Shown: positions 18,333 through 28,251 of the stretch, piece after piece
Position numbering within the stretch: the stretch's first letter is position 1
Layout: each line of letters begins with the position of its first letter
NCBI GenBank assembly: GCA_039683575.1
Contig: JBDKRC010000208.1
Coordinates: forward strand, 1-52,068
From: Armatimonadia bacterium
GTDB taxonomy: Bacteria > Armatimonadota > Zipacnadia > Zipacnadales > UBA11051
DNA: 52,068 nt
Direction of reading: 5' to 3'
Notes under the pieces: generated by a model
Databases searched by the model: none
What the model was told of the DNA's origin: nothing
The model's input: only the letters and a program-made list of their open reading frames with translations
Program-made: the position numbers and the translations under genes

Positions 18333-18445
18333 CGTCGGGGCACGTGACCCCGCCGCACGTGCGCGAGGTCGGCCATTGGTCGATCTCTATCGCTATTACG
18401 CCGGTGTAGTTCGGGGCTATGCCCCCTGAGATGGAGACCAACTTG

Positions 18446-21400
18446 ATGACGAAGCTGCGATTGTTCCTGATTCCGCTGTTGCTGCTGGTTTGCGGCGCGA
18501 TGGCTGCGGCGGCCACTTTCGACCCCAAGACCATGATGGATGTGAGTGAGGTGCAGCGTGGGGCCAAGGCGGTGGGCCGGACCGTGTTTGCGGGCACGGA
18601 TATCTCCGAATTCAACCTCCAGATTATTGACATCATGCACCAGGCGAACCTGGGCACCGACATGATCCTGGCGCGGGTGCTGGACGGCCCCGTCGTGGCA
18701 CGCCAGTCCGGTATCATCGGCGGGATGAGCGGAAGCCCGGTCTACATCAACGGGCGCCTGATCGGCGCCATAGCCTGGGGCTGGGGCTTTGCCAAGGAGC
18801 CCATCGCCGGGATTACGCCGATCCGGCCGATGCTCGAGGCCCTTGACATGATGGACGACAAAGCGGCGACAGCACCGGGCAATGGCTCGAATGGTCGCTG
18901 GACCGCCAGCCAGCCCTTCACGGTTGCGGGCAAGAAGTACGATGGCGCGCAGGTTGCGTTGGCTGGGACGAAGGTTGCCGCGAACGTGCTGCCCCTGCGG
19001 GCTGTCAGCACCCCAATCAACTGCAGCGGCATGGGCGAGCGCGCCATGGCGTTTCTGAAGGGTAAGCTGGAGCGGTACGGCATCGAACCTATGGCTGGCG
19101 GCGGGCCGAAGGCCGATCCGGTTCCGGTGGAACTGGTGCCAGGGGCGGCGGTGGGCGTCCGGTTCATGGAGGGCGACCTGGACATGACGGGGATAGGGAC
19201 CGTCACCTACCGGTCCGGGGACAAGCTGCTGGCGTTCGGACACCCAATGATGCAGCTTGGGAAGGTGAACCTGCCGCTCTCCAGCGCGTGGATCAATGAC
19301 TTCATGCCAAGTTACCAGCGGTCGAACAAGATGGGCAGCGGGATGCTCGACGTTGGTGCGTTGCGAGCGGACATCCCATGGGCAATTGGTGGGCAGATTG
19401 GCGCCAAGGCGCCTCTAATCCCGGCCCGGATTGAGGTTGTGGACAAGAGCCGCAACTACACGCGGACCTTCAACATCAGGGTCATGCGGCACCCGGGCCT
19501 GACCGCCTCGGTGCTCGGTGCAGGGATTGCCTCTGCCCTGGAAGCCACTTATAACCCCAACCACACCGCCACGATTCGCACCGATTTTGAGATCAAGGGC
19601 GAGCACGGGGTGACGCTGAAGTGCGCCAACCAGCACTACATGGTGGGATCGCCGGTGGATGCGGGGACTGCGGAGATCATGGGGACGCTGAGCTTTCTTG
19701 AGATGAACCGCTGGGACCCGCAGCAGGTTAGTGAGCTCGTGTACCGGGCGGAGATTACCGACCGGGACGAGTCGCTCGTGATTGAGAAGGTCTTCACCGA
19801 GGAGACGGTGGCGAAGGCCGGCAAGCCAGTGCATGTGCATGTCCTGATGCGGCCAGCGGGTGGGGAGCTGATCGAGCGGGTTCTGACCGTGAAGATGCCC
19901 CTGAACCTGCCGAAGGGGACCGTGCGGATAGGCGTCAGCGGCGGGGATGACGTGATGTATTTCCGCAGCCGCTTTGGCACGATGATGCCGAGCTTCGACA
20001 ACCTCACGTCGGCACTGCGGTACCTGGAGCACCTGGAGCAGAACAAGCAACTCTGCGTGCTGGTGGGTCTCCCCAGCGACGGCGTGAACGTCGGTAGCAG
20101 CACCCTCATGAACCTGCCCACGTCAATCACCAACGTGCTTGAGAAGTCTTCCCGCACGGACCTGGAACGCGGCAAGGAAGAGCTCCTGGCAACCGAGCAG
20201 ATGGACGGGGTGGTATATGGCCGACAGACGCTGACCTTGGCCGCAGAGGACCGGATGGGCGAGAAGGGGTCGGCGACCGCTCCGGCGACGCCCGCCGCGC
20301 CAGCAGCGCCGGCAACCACGACCGTGCAGATGCAGGGCGATGATGATGGACTGGTGGGGACGCGCCTGTGGTGGCTCGCGAGTGCCCTGCGCACGCCGCA
20401 GCCGGGCTCGCAGCGGCCGGATGTGCTGGTAGAGAAGCCCGCGCAGGAGGCAAAACCGGCCACGGCGGCTAAGGCCGGCGACGACGAGAAGAAGAAGGAC
20501 GCGAAGGCGGATGACAAGGCCAAGGCCAAGGGCGAGGAGGAAGAGGAGGACGCCAAGGATGAGGACAAGGACGACGAGACGGCTACTGTAGTCCGCCAGC
20601 CGACGGTGTGGACGCAGAGGAAGGGCACTGACTTCGACGCCGGTGAGGCGACCGGGATGGCAGTGCGCGACGGTGGTGGACTGCTACTCGCCCCGACCGT
20701 TAGCGTGCTGTGCGCCACCACCGAATTCTATATCTGGAACGTCGTAACCACGCCGCAAGGCGTCTACTACGCAACGGCCAATCCGGGGCGAGTCTACCGT
20801 GTGAGGCCCCAGGGAAAGCCGGAGCTGGTGCTGGAGACTGAGTACTTCGGCGTGCGAGGCCTCGTGGCGGACGGGCAGGGAAACGTGTACGCAGGAACGT
20901 GGCCCGGTGGGCGGATCTACAAGATCACGCCGGAGGGCAAGGCCGCGGAGCTGTGCGCACTGCAGGCCGACTATGTGTGGAGCCTGGCGCTGCGGTCGGA
21001 TGGAATGCTGGTGGCGGGGACGGGACCCGAGGGCCAGGTATATGAGGTGGCGCCGGACGGGAAAGCAAAGCTGCTGACCGAACTGCCGCAGGCCCATGTG
21101 CTGACGGTATTGGCGCAAGGAAGCGACATGTTCCTGGGCACGGCGGGCAAGGGCCTCGTATACAGGCTGGGCGCGGATGGCAGCCTGGCAGCCCTCGTGG
21201 ACACCAATGGGGATGATGTGACTATCCTCACAGACGGCAGCAATGGAATGCTATATGCCGGAACGAGCAACGGTAAGGTGTACCGCTTGGCCAGGGACGC
21301 CGCGCCGGAGGTGATCTTCGACGAGAAGACACTGCCGGTGTACGGGCTGCTATGGGCCCAGGACCGGCTCTTGGCGGCAACGGGTGGCGAGGGGAAGCTC

Positions 21401-22435
21401 GTAGCCATCACCCCTGACAAGCACCATGACATCATCGAGGATACGGAGACGACGCACCTGCTGTGCCTAGCGGCCGGACCCGGAAACACCGTTTGTGTGG
21501 GCTCGGCAAACGCCGGAGAGCTGCGGAAGCTGACGCTCGAAGGAGCGGCACAGGGGAGCTTCGTATCGTCCATACTCGACGCCAAGCGCACGGCGCAATG
21601 GCGGAAGATCGACTGGCTGGCGAGTGTGCCGACGGGGACGGAACTGACGGTCAAGACGCGCTCTGGTAACAGCGCCAATCCCGAGGATGGCAGTTGGAGT
21701 AGTTGGTCGGCAGCATACTCTCAGCCCGGCGTTGATGACATAGCCTCGCCCGTGGCGCGCTACCTGCAGTACCGCGTAGAGATGAAGCGCCAGGACGGGG
21801 CAGAAAGCCCGCTTCTGCAGCGCATTGCCATCAGCTACCTGCCGGCGAACCAGGAGCCTAAGGCAGAGTTTGAGGCGACAGTGGGCGAAAAGCCCCTGCA
21901 CGAGACTGCAAAGCTGACCTGGACCGCTTCTGATGATGACAAGGATACGCTGCTGGCGACGGTGGAATACCGGGCAGCGGGAACCGAGAAGTGGGAGCAG
22001 ATCAAGCAACTCGCGGGAGACAAGAAGACCTGCGACTGGGATACGGCCAAGGTCAAGGACGGCCTATACGACCTGCGCCTGACGGTATCCGATGAGCCCA
22101 GCAACCCCGCAAACCCGCTGAGTGCCCAGCAGATGGCATATGCGGTGCGGGTGGATAACGCCAAGCCTGAGGTGCTGCTGCAAAACGTGGCAGAGAAGGA
22201 CGGGAAGCTCGTGGTGGAGGGAATAGCCTCGGACGGGCACTGCGTAGCGGAGGTGGCGTACCAGGTGGATGAGCAGTGGCGTGGTGCAGTTGCGGTGGAC
22301 GGGGTATTTGATGGCCAATATGAGCAGTTCCGTTGCGCAGTACCGCTGACAGAGGGTAAGCTGAAGAGCAAGCTGCGAGTGCGGGACAGCGCGGGGAACG
22401 CGTGCGAGCAGGAGCTGGTTTGGCCGAAGAAGTAG
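18446..22435 (+). CDS. SpoIVB-family (S55) serine peptidase fused to beta-propeller and Ig/FN3-like domains, secreted
   Basis: Signal peptide; 'GIIGGMSGSPVYINGRLIGA', 'GTVTY..GDKLLAFGHP'. Acidic linker, then repeated 'G.LYAGT...G.VY.' blades and 'TRSGNS.NPED..WS.WS', 'WDT.KV.DG.Y.LR..VSD.PSNP'. Confidence 0.85.
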   Translation: MTKLRLFLIPLLLLVCGAMAAAATFDPKTMMDVSEVQRGAKAVGRTVFAGTDISEFNLQIIDIMHQANLGTDMILARVLDGPVVARQSGIIGGMSGSPVYINGRLIGAIAWGWGFAKEPIAGITPIRPMLEALDMMDDKAATAPGNGSNGRWTASQPFTVAGKKYDGAQVALAGTKVAANVLPLRAVSTPINCSGMGERAMAFLKGKLERYGIEPMAGGGPKADPVPVELVPGAAVGVRFMEGDLDMTGIGTVTYRSGDKLLAFGHPMMQLGKVNLPLSSAWINDFMPSYQRSNKMGSGMLDVGALRADIPWAIGGQIGAKAPLIPARIEVVDKSRNYTRTFNIRVMRHPGLTASVLGAGIASALEATYNPNHTATIRTDFEIKGEHGVTLKCANQHYMVGSPVDAGTAEIMGTLSFLEMNRWDPQQVSELVYRAEITDRDESLVIEKVFTEETVAKAGKPVHVHVLMRPAGGELIERVLTVKMPLNLPKGTVRIGVSGGDDVMYFRSRFGTMMPSFDNLTSALRYLEHLEQNKQLCVLVGLPSDGVNVGSSTLMNLPTSITNVLEKSSRTDLERGKEELLATEQMDGVVYGRQTLTLAAEDRMGEKGSATAPATPAAPAAPATTTVQMQGDDDGLVGTRLWWLASALRTPQPGSQRPDVLVEKPAQEAKPATAAKAGDDEKKKDAKADDKAKAKGEEEEEDAKDEDKDDETATVVRQPTVWTQRKGTDFDAGEATGMAVRDGGGLLLAPTVSVLCATTEFYIWNVVTTPQGVYYATANPGRVYRVRPQGKPELVLETEYFGVRGLVADGQGNVYAGTWPGGRIYKITPEGKAAELCALQADYVWSLALRSDGMLVAGTGPEGQVYEVAPDGKAKLLTELPQAHVLTVLAQGSDMFLGTAGKGLVYRLGADGSLAALVDTNGDDVTILTDGSNGMLYAGTSNGKVYRLARDAAPEVIFDEKTLPVYGLLWAQDRLLAATGGEGKLVAITPDKHHDIIEDTETTHLLCLAAGPGNTVCVGSANAGELRKLTLEGAAQGSFVSSILDAKRTAQWRKIDWLASVPTGTELTVKTRSGNSANPEDGSWSSWSAAYSQPGVDDIASPVARYLQYRVEMKRQDGAESPLLQRIAISYLPANQEPKAEFEATVGEKPLHETAKLTWTASDDDKDTLLATVEYRAAGTEKWEQIKQLAGDKKTCDWDTAKVKDGLYDLRLTVSDEPSNPANPLSAQQMAYAVRVDNAKPEVLLQNVAEKDGKLVVEGIASDGHCVAEVAYQVDEQWRGAVAVDGVFDGQYEQFRCAVPLTEGKLKSKLRVRDSAGNACEQELVWPKK

Positions 22436-22460
22436 GGAGCCTGCGACAAAGGCAAGAAGA

Positions 22461-22499
22461 AGGCCGGATGACCCGTGAGGGTTGTCCGGCCTGTTTTTT
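22461..22499 (+). terminator. Intrinsic terminator
   Basis: 14-bp stem aggccggatgaccc/gggttgtccggcct, GTGA tetraloop, then gtttttt. Confidence 0.85.
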
Positions 22500-22513
22500 G
22501 TGGGGCGAGGGGA

Positions 22514-22564
22514 GGTCCGGGATTGAAATCCCGGCCTGGGCGAATGAGCGTCCCTCCGGGACGC
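22514..22564. repeat. REP-like palindromic element (two small hairpins)
   Basis: ccgggatt-ga-aatcccgg (22517-22534) and gcgtccc-tcc-gggacgc (22548-22564). Only one copy in this window. Confidence 0.45.
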
Positions 22565-22661
22565 GGAGAGAGGAGAAAGGCAAACACGGGAGGGGTTTGC
22601 GACGTCGAAACGGAGGGGGTGAAGGCCTGGGGGTACACGTCCGGTGGTGTGAGGAAGGGCG

Positions 22662-23576
22662 ATGCCTTACTTCATCCGCGATGGGAAGATACAGACGGAG
22701 GGGCTGCAACTGGCCGGGGCCTATCACTGCAATCTGCGCTGTGCGGATTGCCTGAGCATCTCGTCGTGTGCGCCGGCAGGCTTTCCATCGCTGGAGGTAG
22801 TGCAGGCGGACCTGGGGAGACTGGCAGCGGTATTACACGCGCGGGAACTGCGGATCGTGGGCGGGGAGCCGCTGCTTAACCCGGAGTTGGGAGAGTTGGC
22901 AGGCATCGCAAAGCGCTCGCAGATTGCGGATAAGGTAACGATGTTTACCAATGGGCGATTCCTTGAGCGCATGAATGAGGCGGTTTGGAGCAATCTTGAC
23001 CAGCTCAACATTAGCGTGTATCCGGAGGCGCCGCCGCCGGAGGGGGCGTTGGAGGAGGCGGCAGCGCAGACACGGGCGCGGGGAATCGAACTGCGGGTGT
23101 ACCGGCGACACCGGTTCTATGTGCGGGTGGTAACACAGCCGCATGCGGAGGATTTCGTCACCAGGCTAATCTTCTTTGGTTGCAGCGCGGCGCACCAGGA
23201 TCATTGCCACTGGGTACACGAGGGGCGGCTGTCCAAGTGCGCCATGCCGCTGTTTCTGCCGGGCTACTTGCGGAAGCTGGGCTGGGATGATTATGTGGCG
23301 ACGGATGACGGGATGGAGATTGGGCGAGAGGGGGAGCTGTCCGGGAGGTTGAGGGGTTTCCTGGGGTCTACCAAGGTGCTGCAGGCTTGCCGGTGGTGCC
23401 TGGGGAGCTTTGGCAGGCAGCAGGCGCACCGGCAGTTGACGCGGGAGGAACTGGATGATCCTGGTCTGAGGCCAGTGACGCGGGACACGCATTTGAGCCC
23501 GACGCGGCTGGTGTTGCGGACGGCGAACCAGTTGCGACATTCGGCGGTCGGGCGGATCCTGGGTGGGTTCGGATAG
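22662..23576 (+). CDS. Radical SAM protein
   Basis: HCNLRCADC (CxxxCxxC), GGEPLLNP, TNG motifs; C-terminal Cys residues (C..CRWC) could bind an auxiliary cluster. Confidence 0.9.
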   Translation: MPYFIRDGKIQTEGLQLAGAYHCNLRCADCLSISSCAPAGFPSLEVVQADLGRLAAVLHARELRIVGGEPLLNPELGELAGIAKRSQIADKVTMFTNGRFLERMNEAVWSNLDQLNISVYPEAPPPEGALEEAAAQTRARGIELRVYRRHRFYVRVVTQPHAEDFVTRLIFFGCSAAHQDHCHWVHEGRLSKCAMPLFLPGYLRKLGWDDYVATDDGMEIGREGELSGRLRGFLGSTKVLQACRWCLGSFGRQQAHRQLTREELDDPGLRPVTRDTHLSPTRLVLRTANQLRHSAVGRILGGFG

Positions 23577-23604
23577 GCGAGGAGGCAGGGATCAGGATTC
23601 AGAG

Positions 23605-23706
23605 ACTGCGGGCCGGATGATCGTTGGATCGTCCGGCCCGCTTGGTGGTGGGAGATTAACTGCGGGCCGGATGCGCGGCTACGGCTCGCGCACTCGGCCC
23701 CTCCGC
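23605..23706. terminator. Two tandem hairpins between convergent genes sharing a 15-nt direct repeat
   Basis: gcgggccggatgatc-gttg-gatcgtccggcccgc (23608-23641) plus a second gggccg...cggccc hairpin; actgcgggccggatg occurs at 23605 and 23659. Confidence 0.5.
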
Positions 23707-23714
23707 AGAAGCGG

Positions 23715-26700
23715 CTACGGCAGGCTCAGGACTGTCAGGTTCCCGTCGCTGGTGGAGGCCACCAGAGAGCCCTTTGTGGCTGTCAGGCCAACTACGTCGG
23801 ACTTCGTCGGCTGCCGGTACAGGAGCTTGCCATCGGCACCGTTGAAGACATAGAGGTTGCGGTCGTCGCAACTGGCCGCGACCAGCGTCTGGTCGCCGCG
23901 ACGAAGGGTGGTGAGCTTGCGGATCTGGTTGCCGAGGTCATGGCGCCAGAGCGGCTTGCCGCTGCCGTCAAGGCAGTAGAGGTTGAAGGACAGCGAGCCA
24001 ATCAGCACCTCGTCCTTGCCGTCGCCGTTCACGTCGGCGCACTTGAGCGCTTCGACCTCATCGCCGGTGTTGAAGGTCCAGAGCAGCTTGCCATCGGCAT
24101 CGAGGACGTGTACGAGGGTGTCAGCGCCGCCGAAGAGGGCCTCCTGCTTGCCGTCACCAATGAGGTCGCCCGCAGCCACGGCGTTGGCGCAGGGGCCGCC
24201 CTTGGTGTTGTAGCCGAATCGCCGGCTGCCATCGGGATTGATGACGTGCCACCAGTAGTATTCGGTCCCCGCGATGATCTCCTGCTTCTTGTCCCCATCC
24301 ATGTCCGCGGCGCAGCCGGCGGTGGAGCCGTGGACGCTCTCGTAGCGCCAGATCTCTTTGCCAGCGGCATCCACTGCGTAGTAGTGCCAGTTGTCGGCAC
24401 CGGCGATGGCAACCTGCTTACCAGTTCCGGTTATGTCGGCGGGGAAGACCGTGCGGACGTGGCCGGCGCGCTTGTAGTACGGCGGGTTGAAGATCCATAG
24501 CTGCTTCCCGGAGGCGTCGAAGGCCACCATCCGAGCTTCCATGCAGCCGGCGATGACGGTCTTCTTGCCATCACCGTTGAAGTCGACGACGTTGACGTCG
24601 TTGACAGTGGCGCCGCAGTCGCCCTTCCAGAGAATCTTGCCGCCTTCGCCGAAGCAGTAGACGGTGCCGTTGGTGCTGCCCGCGAGGAGCTCCTCGGTCC
24701 CGTCGCCGGTGAGGTCGGCTGACTTGAGGGCGGTGAAGGTGTGGACCGGGGCCCCGCTGGCGAGCTTGGCGGCCATGTCGATTGCCAGGCCGGGGCGGTC
24801 GCCCCAAACCATGAGTTCGGAGAGGTAGAGAGCCGTGCCGGGGCGCGGCGTGAGGATCAGGCGAAGCTGTTTCGCTTTGCCGGTGATCTTCGGGAAGTCA
24901 TAGCTCTGCGGCCCGTAGCTAGGCGCGCCCCAGTTGCCGTGCGGCTCTGTGTCGGTGAAGTCCACGAGGGTGCGGTTGTCCTGCTTGAAGCCGTCGGTGC
25001 TGGCGAGAACCTGCAGGCGGCCAAGCTGGAAGAGCTTGTTCTTGCTCGAGGAGCTGGCGAACCATGACTTCAGCAGTAGCCGGTTCAGATCGTAGACATT
25101 GTCGAACGTGAGGTCCAGAGTGACCTGCTGGCCGTCCGCCCACATGACGCTGCCATCGGACGTGAGCAGGGCGCCGTCCAGGAGGTTATCTACGGTGTTG
25201 GTATTGTCCTGGGCGAAGATGTTCTGCGGGAGAGGCTCAGGCTTGGCCGAGATCTTCGCCCCGGCATCCACGGCTTCGAAAGCGTCGGGATTGTTGGTGA
25301 TCAGGTAGGTCTCGAGCTTCTCGGCATAGGACCACACCGGCTTGAGTGCCGGGGCGGCACCCTCGGCGCCAGCGGCGGGGGCAGTCCACTGGGCCTGCTT
25401 CACGGTTGCCTCAGTGATCCCGTCGGTCTTCACGACCGGGGCCGCACTCGCGCTCGGAGCAGCGGTCTGCACGACAACTGGATCCCCGGCGCCGGTAATC
25501 ACGGCCGAATTGGCGTCGAGGCGTCCGACCTTCACGTCGGAGGCCTTCTCGCCCGAGGCGTTAAGGACAGTGAAGAGCGTGACAGTCTCACCCGCCGCCA
25601 GCTTCTTGTTGATGATGCCCTGCATGACACGGACGATAGGCTTGCCAGCGTAGGGGTAGCTGGACCAGTTCTTGCCGGTGCCGGGATCATCGTCGAGCAT
25701 GACGCGGGCGTCGGCGGTGGTGGCGAAGCGAGCCCACTGGCCGCCCTGCTCGACATCCATGGCCGGGCCATTGAGCTTGGCGTTGCCGATGGTCTGCCAG
25801 ATGGCGCGGAAGCTGTAGTCGCCGGGCTCTTTGGCGACCATCTGGTCGGCGACAACGAACATGCGGCCCTTGAGCCAGATGACGTTGCGGCGCCAGTCCA
25901 CGCCCGCGTAGTTGCGGTACGTAGTGACTGAGGTGGCTGACTTGGCGGAGTTGTTGACGTACTCGGACTCCACGAAGTCCGGGATCGTGGCGGATTGGCC
26001 GTCCTTGAGGATCAGGACGCCGTTGTGGTACTTGGGCAGGGACTTGATGTAGTCGGCGTCCGCGACCCAGATGCGCTCGTTTTCGGTCCACTGCAAGACG
26101 GAATTACCGTCCATGTGGCGGTGGCCGCCGTTGGAGAGCCCGTCGATCAAGATGAACGGGGCCTTGGGGTCGAAGCTGTCGCGGAAGGCGATCTTGTCGA
26201 AGGCCTTGGCGAGGGGGAGGGCCTTTTCGCCACCCATGGCCTTGTACCAATGCTCATCGAGCGGGACTGCGGTGAAGGTGGCGAGTTTGGCGGGCTCGAC
26301 GGCGGCGCCGCCGGGATCGTATTCCCAAAGAGCCTTGCGGCCGGTGATCTCGACCTTCCGGTCAACGGTCCAGCGGTAGGTGCCATCGCGGTAGTACCAC
26401 TCGGCCATGCGCAGGACCGGCAGTTCGCTGAACCAGCACTTCCACTCGCCAGTGTCGCCGTAGGGGACCTGGTAACCGAGGTTGTTCATGGTGATGGTGG
26501 CGTAGTCGGCGATCTTGCGCCCGTTGCCGTTTTCGAAGATGGTGAAGTCGGGCTTGGTGAGGGCGTAGCGCATGATGTGCGAGTTGGTGAGCCACTGGTA
26601 GCCGTTGCAGTCCTCGTGGACCTTGGCGGCCTGGGCGAGGTTGTGGAAGCAGTCTTCGCCGATCTGGAGCCACTGCTTGGCTTCGACGGAGTCGTAGTAC

Positions 26701-28250
26701 TTGCTGAAATACTCGCCCGCGAGGAAGGTGGCGAGGGCGGCGAAGGTGCCATGGTTGGAAACGGAACCGTGCTGGAGGGCTCCGGCGGCGGCGCCAGCAC
26801 CCTCGGGCAGGGCGGCTTCCTTGATCCAGCGGAAGAGGATACGGCTGACGTCGAGACGATCGGCATCACTGAGAGCCGGGGATTCCTCCAGGGCGTCCCA
26901 CAGGGGGATGACGCGGTGGCCCATGAAATCCGAGTCCATGCCCCAGGGCCCGCCGAAGGTGCTGGGCTTGCTGTCAGTGTGCTTCTGAGCGCGGCGGGCG
27001 AGCCAGACGAACTGTTTGGCGAACTCGTCGCGGCCGGAGACGACATAGCTCTCGCCGAGCGAGGACATCATGCCGAACAGACCGGTGTGGGCGCCTTCCT
27101 GGAGGGCTTTCTCGGCGGCGTCCTGCTGGGATTTGAACCATTTCTCGTCGAGGGTCATTTCATAGCAACCGTAGCGCTTGCGAACCTCCTCGGAGGGCTT
27201 GATCTCCATGAGGCGCGGAAGGACCAGGCCATCGCCGGTCTTCCTGGCGGCAGCGAGTTGCCGCGCGAAGGCGGCGACGCCCGCTTTGGCTCCGGCAAGA
27301 TCACTGGCGCCGATGATGAGGAGATTCCGCTTGTCGCCACGAGGATTGCAGACGGTGCGAAGTTCATACCCACCAGCGCCGGGGAAGTAGGCGTCCGCCG
27401 GGGTCATGTAATGAGAGTAGGGATATAGCAGAGCTCGGTTGTTGCCGACGTTGCCAAGCACCAGCGCGTGCGAAGCCGGGGGCTTCAGGGCATCGGGGCC
27501 CTCGCCGGAGAGGACGGTTAGCTTGCAGCCGGTGGCTTTCTCGTAGGCGGCGGTGAGATCGGCCACGACGGGCTTCCAGGCGGGATCAGCGGGAGCGTAG
27601 AGGACCAGTTGGGGCTGGCCCCCCGTGACGAGCGGCGTGTCAGTTACCAGCCTGTGCGCCTCTTTGGTCTCGTCGAAGGACTTCAAGGTGGAAGCCTCCA
27701 GTCGCAGGTTATCTACGAAGAGATCGAACGCAACTCCGGGGTCGTGGGCGCCGACAAAGAACTCCCACTTCACGACGGCGCTGCGGTCGTCGGTCTTGAC
27801 GAAGCCGGGCTCCCAGGGCAACAGGCCCATGGCGATGCCGGGATGGAGCTCAAAGGTGGTCTTCTCGGCCTTGAGAGGCCCCGCCCAGCTCATCCAGCTC
27901 AAGGCCGGTTGCCCCTTGGCATCGTAACCACGGACGTAGAGAGCCTGGGAGACCTTGGGATCGGTGGTCCAGGCCTCAAACACAAGCGCCTTGCCACGCA
28001 TGTCTACTGGCGCAGTGGTGACTGTTGCGCTCAGATAGCTGTTGCCCTGAGCATCCTTGGGCGAGACGCTGCTGAGGTGAAGGGCGCCTTTGACGGTCTC
28101 AAGCTTGCTGTCAGGCCACTTGGAGCCCTGAGAGAGCGCCACGCCCTGCAGGTCGTCAAGAGAGTGGACGACTGCGGGTTGCTGGGCAAAGGCTGCGCTG
28201 ACGGCGATCAGGGCGAGGGAGAGCAGGAGCGGCATACTACGTGACATCAT
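23715..28250 (-). CDS. Large secreted multidomain carbohydrate-active protein (heparinase II/III-like core, discoidin-like module, C-terminal FG-GAP/PQQ-type propeller)
   Basis: Signal peptide; 'NH..F', 'GHRHMDGNS', 'HNGVLI', 'W.RNVIWLKG..FVVAD' lyase-like motifs; repeated 'AD.nGDG..E...GS' FG-GAP repeats. Confidence 0.7.
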   Translation of the reverse strand: MMSRSMPLLLSLALIAVSAAFAQQPAVVHSLDDLQGVALSQGSKWPDSKLETVKGALHLSSVSPKDAQGNSYLSATVTTAPVDMRGKALVFEAWTTDPKVSQALYVRGYDAKGQPALSWMSWAGPLKAEKTTFELHPGIAMGLLPWEPGFVKTDDRSAVVKWEFFVGAHDPGVAFDLFVDNLRLEASTLKSFDETKEAHRLVTDTPLVTGGQPQLVLYAPADPAWKPVVADLTAAYEKATGCKLTVLSGEGPDALKPPASHALVLGNVGNNRALLYPYSHYMTPADAYFPGAGGYELRTVCNPRGDKRNLLIIGASDLAGAKAGVAAFARQLAAARKTGDGLVLPRLMEIKPSEEVRKRYGCYEMTLDEKWFKSQQDAAEKALQEGAHTGLFGMMSSLGESYVVSGRDEFAKQFVWLARRAQKHTDSKPSTFGGPWGMDSDFMGHRVIPLWDALEESPALSDADRLDVSRILFRWIKEAALPEGAGAAAGALQHGSVSNHGTFAALATFLAGEYFSKYYDSVEAKQWLQIGEDCFHNLAQAAKVHEDCNGYQWLTNSHIMRYALTKPDFTIFENGNGRKIADYATITMNNLGYQVPYGDTGEWKCWFSELPVLRMAEWYYRDGTYRWTVDRKVEITGRKALWEYDPGGAAVEPAKLATFTAVPLDEHWYKAMGGEKALPLAKAFDKIAFRDSFDPKAPFILIDGLSNGGHRHMDGNSVLQWTENERIWVADADYIKSLPKYHNGVLILKDGQSATIPDFVESEYVNNSAKSATSVTTYRNYAGVDWRRNVIWLKGRMFVVADQMVAKEPGDYSFRAIWQTIGNAKLNGPAMDVEQGGQWARFATTADARVMLDDDPGTGKNWSSYPYAGKPIVRVMQGIINKKLAAGETVTLFTVLNASGEKASDVKVGRLDANSAVITGAGDPVVVQTAAPSASAAPVVKTDGITEATVKQAQWTAPAAGAEGAAPALKPVWSYAEKLETYLITNNPDAFEAVDAGAKISAKPEPLPQNIFAQDNTNTVDNLLDGALLTSDGSVMWADGQQVTLDLTFDNVYDLNRLLLKSWFASSSSKNKLFQLGRLQVLASTDGFKQDNRTLVDFTDTEPHGNWGAPSYGPQSYDFPKITGKAKQLRLILTPRPGTALYLSELMVWGDRPGLAIDMAAKLASGAPVHTFTALKSADLTGDGTEELLAGSTNGTVYCFGEGGKILWKGDCGATVNDVNVVDFNGDGKKTVIAGCMEARMVAFDASGKQLWIFNPPYYKRAGHVRTVFPADITGTGKQVAIAGADNWHYYAVDAAGKEIWRYESVHGSTAGCAADMDGDKKQEIIAGTEYYWWHVINPDGSRRFGYNTKGGPCANAVAAGDLIGDGKQEALFGGADTLVHVLDADGKLLWTFNTGDEVEALKCADVNGDGKDEVLIGSLSFNLYCLDGSGKPLWRHDLGNQIRKLTTLRRGDQTLVAASCDDRNLYVFNGADGKLLYRQPTKSDVVGLTATKGSLVASTSDGNLTVLSLP

Positions 28251-28251
28251 C

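Noticed and set aside
25995-27428. 477-aa plus-strand ORF (similarly 41262-42677 and 2632-3822)
   Set aside because: Antisense to well-supported genes, with no recognisable motifs.
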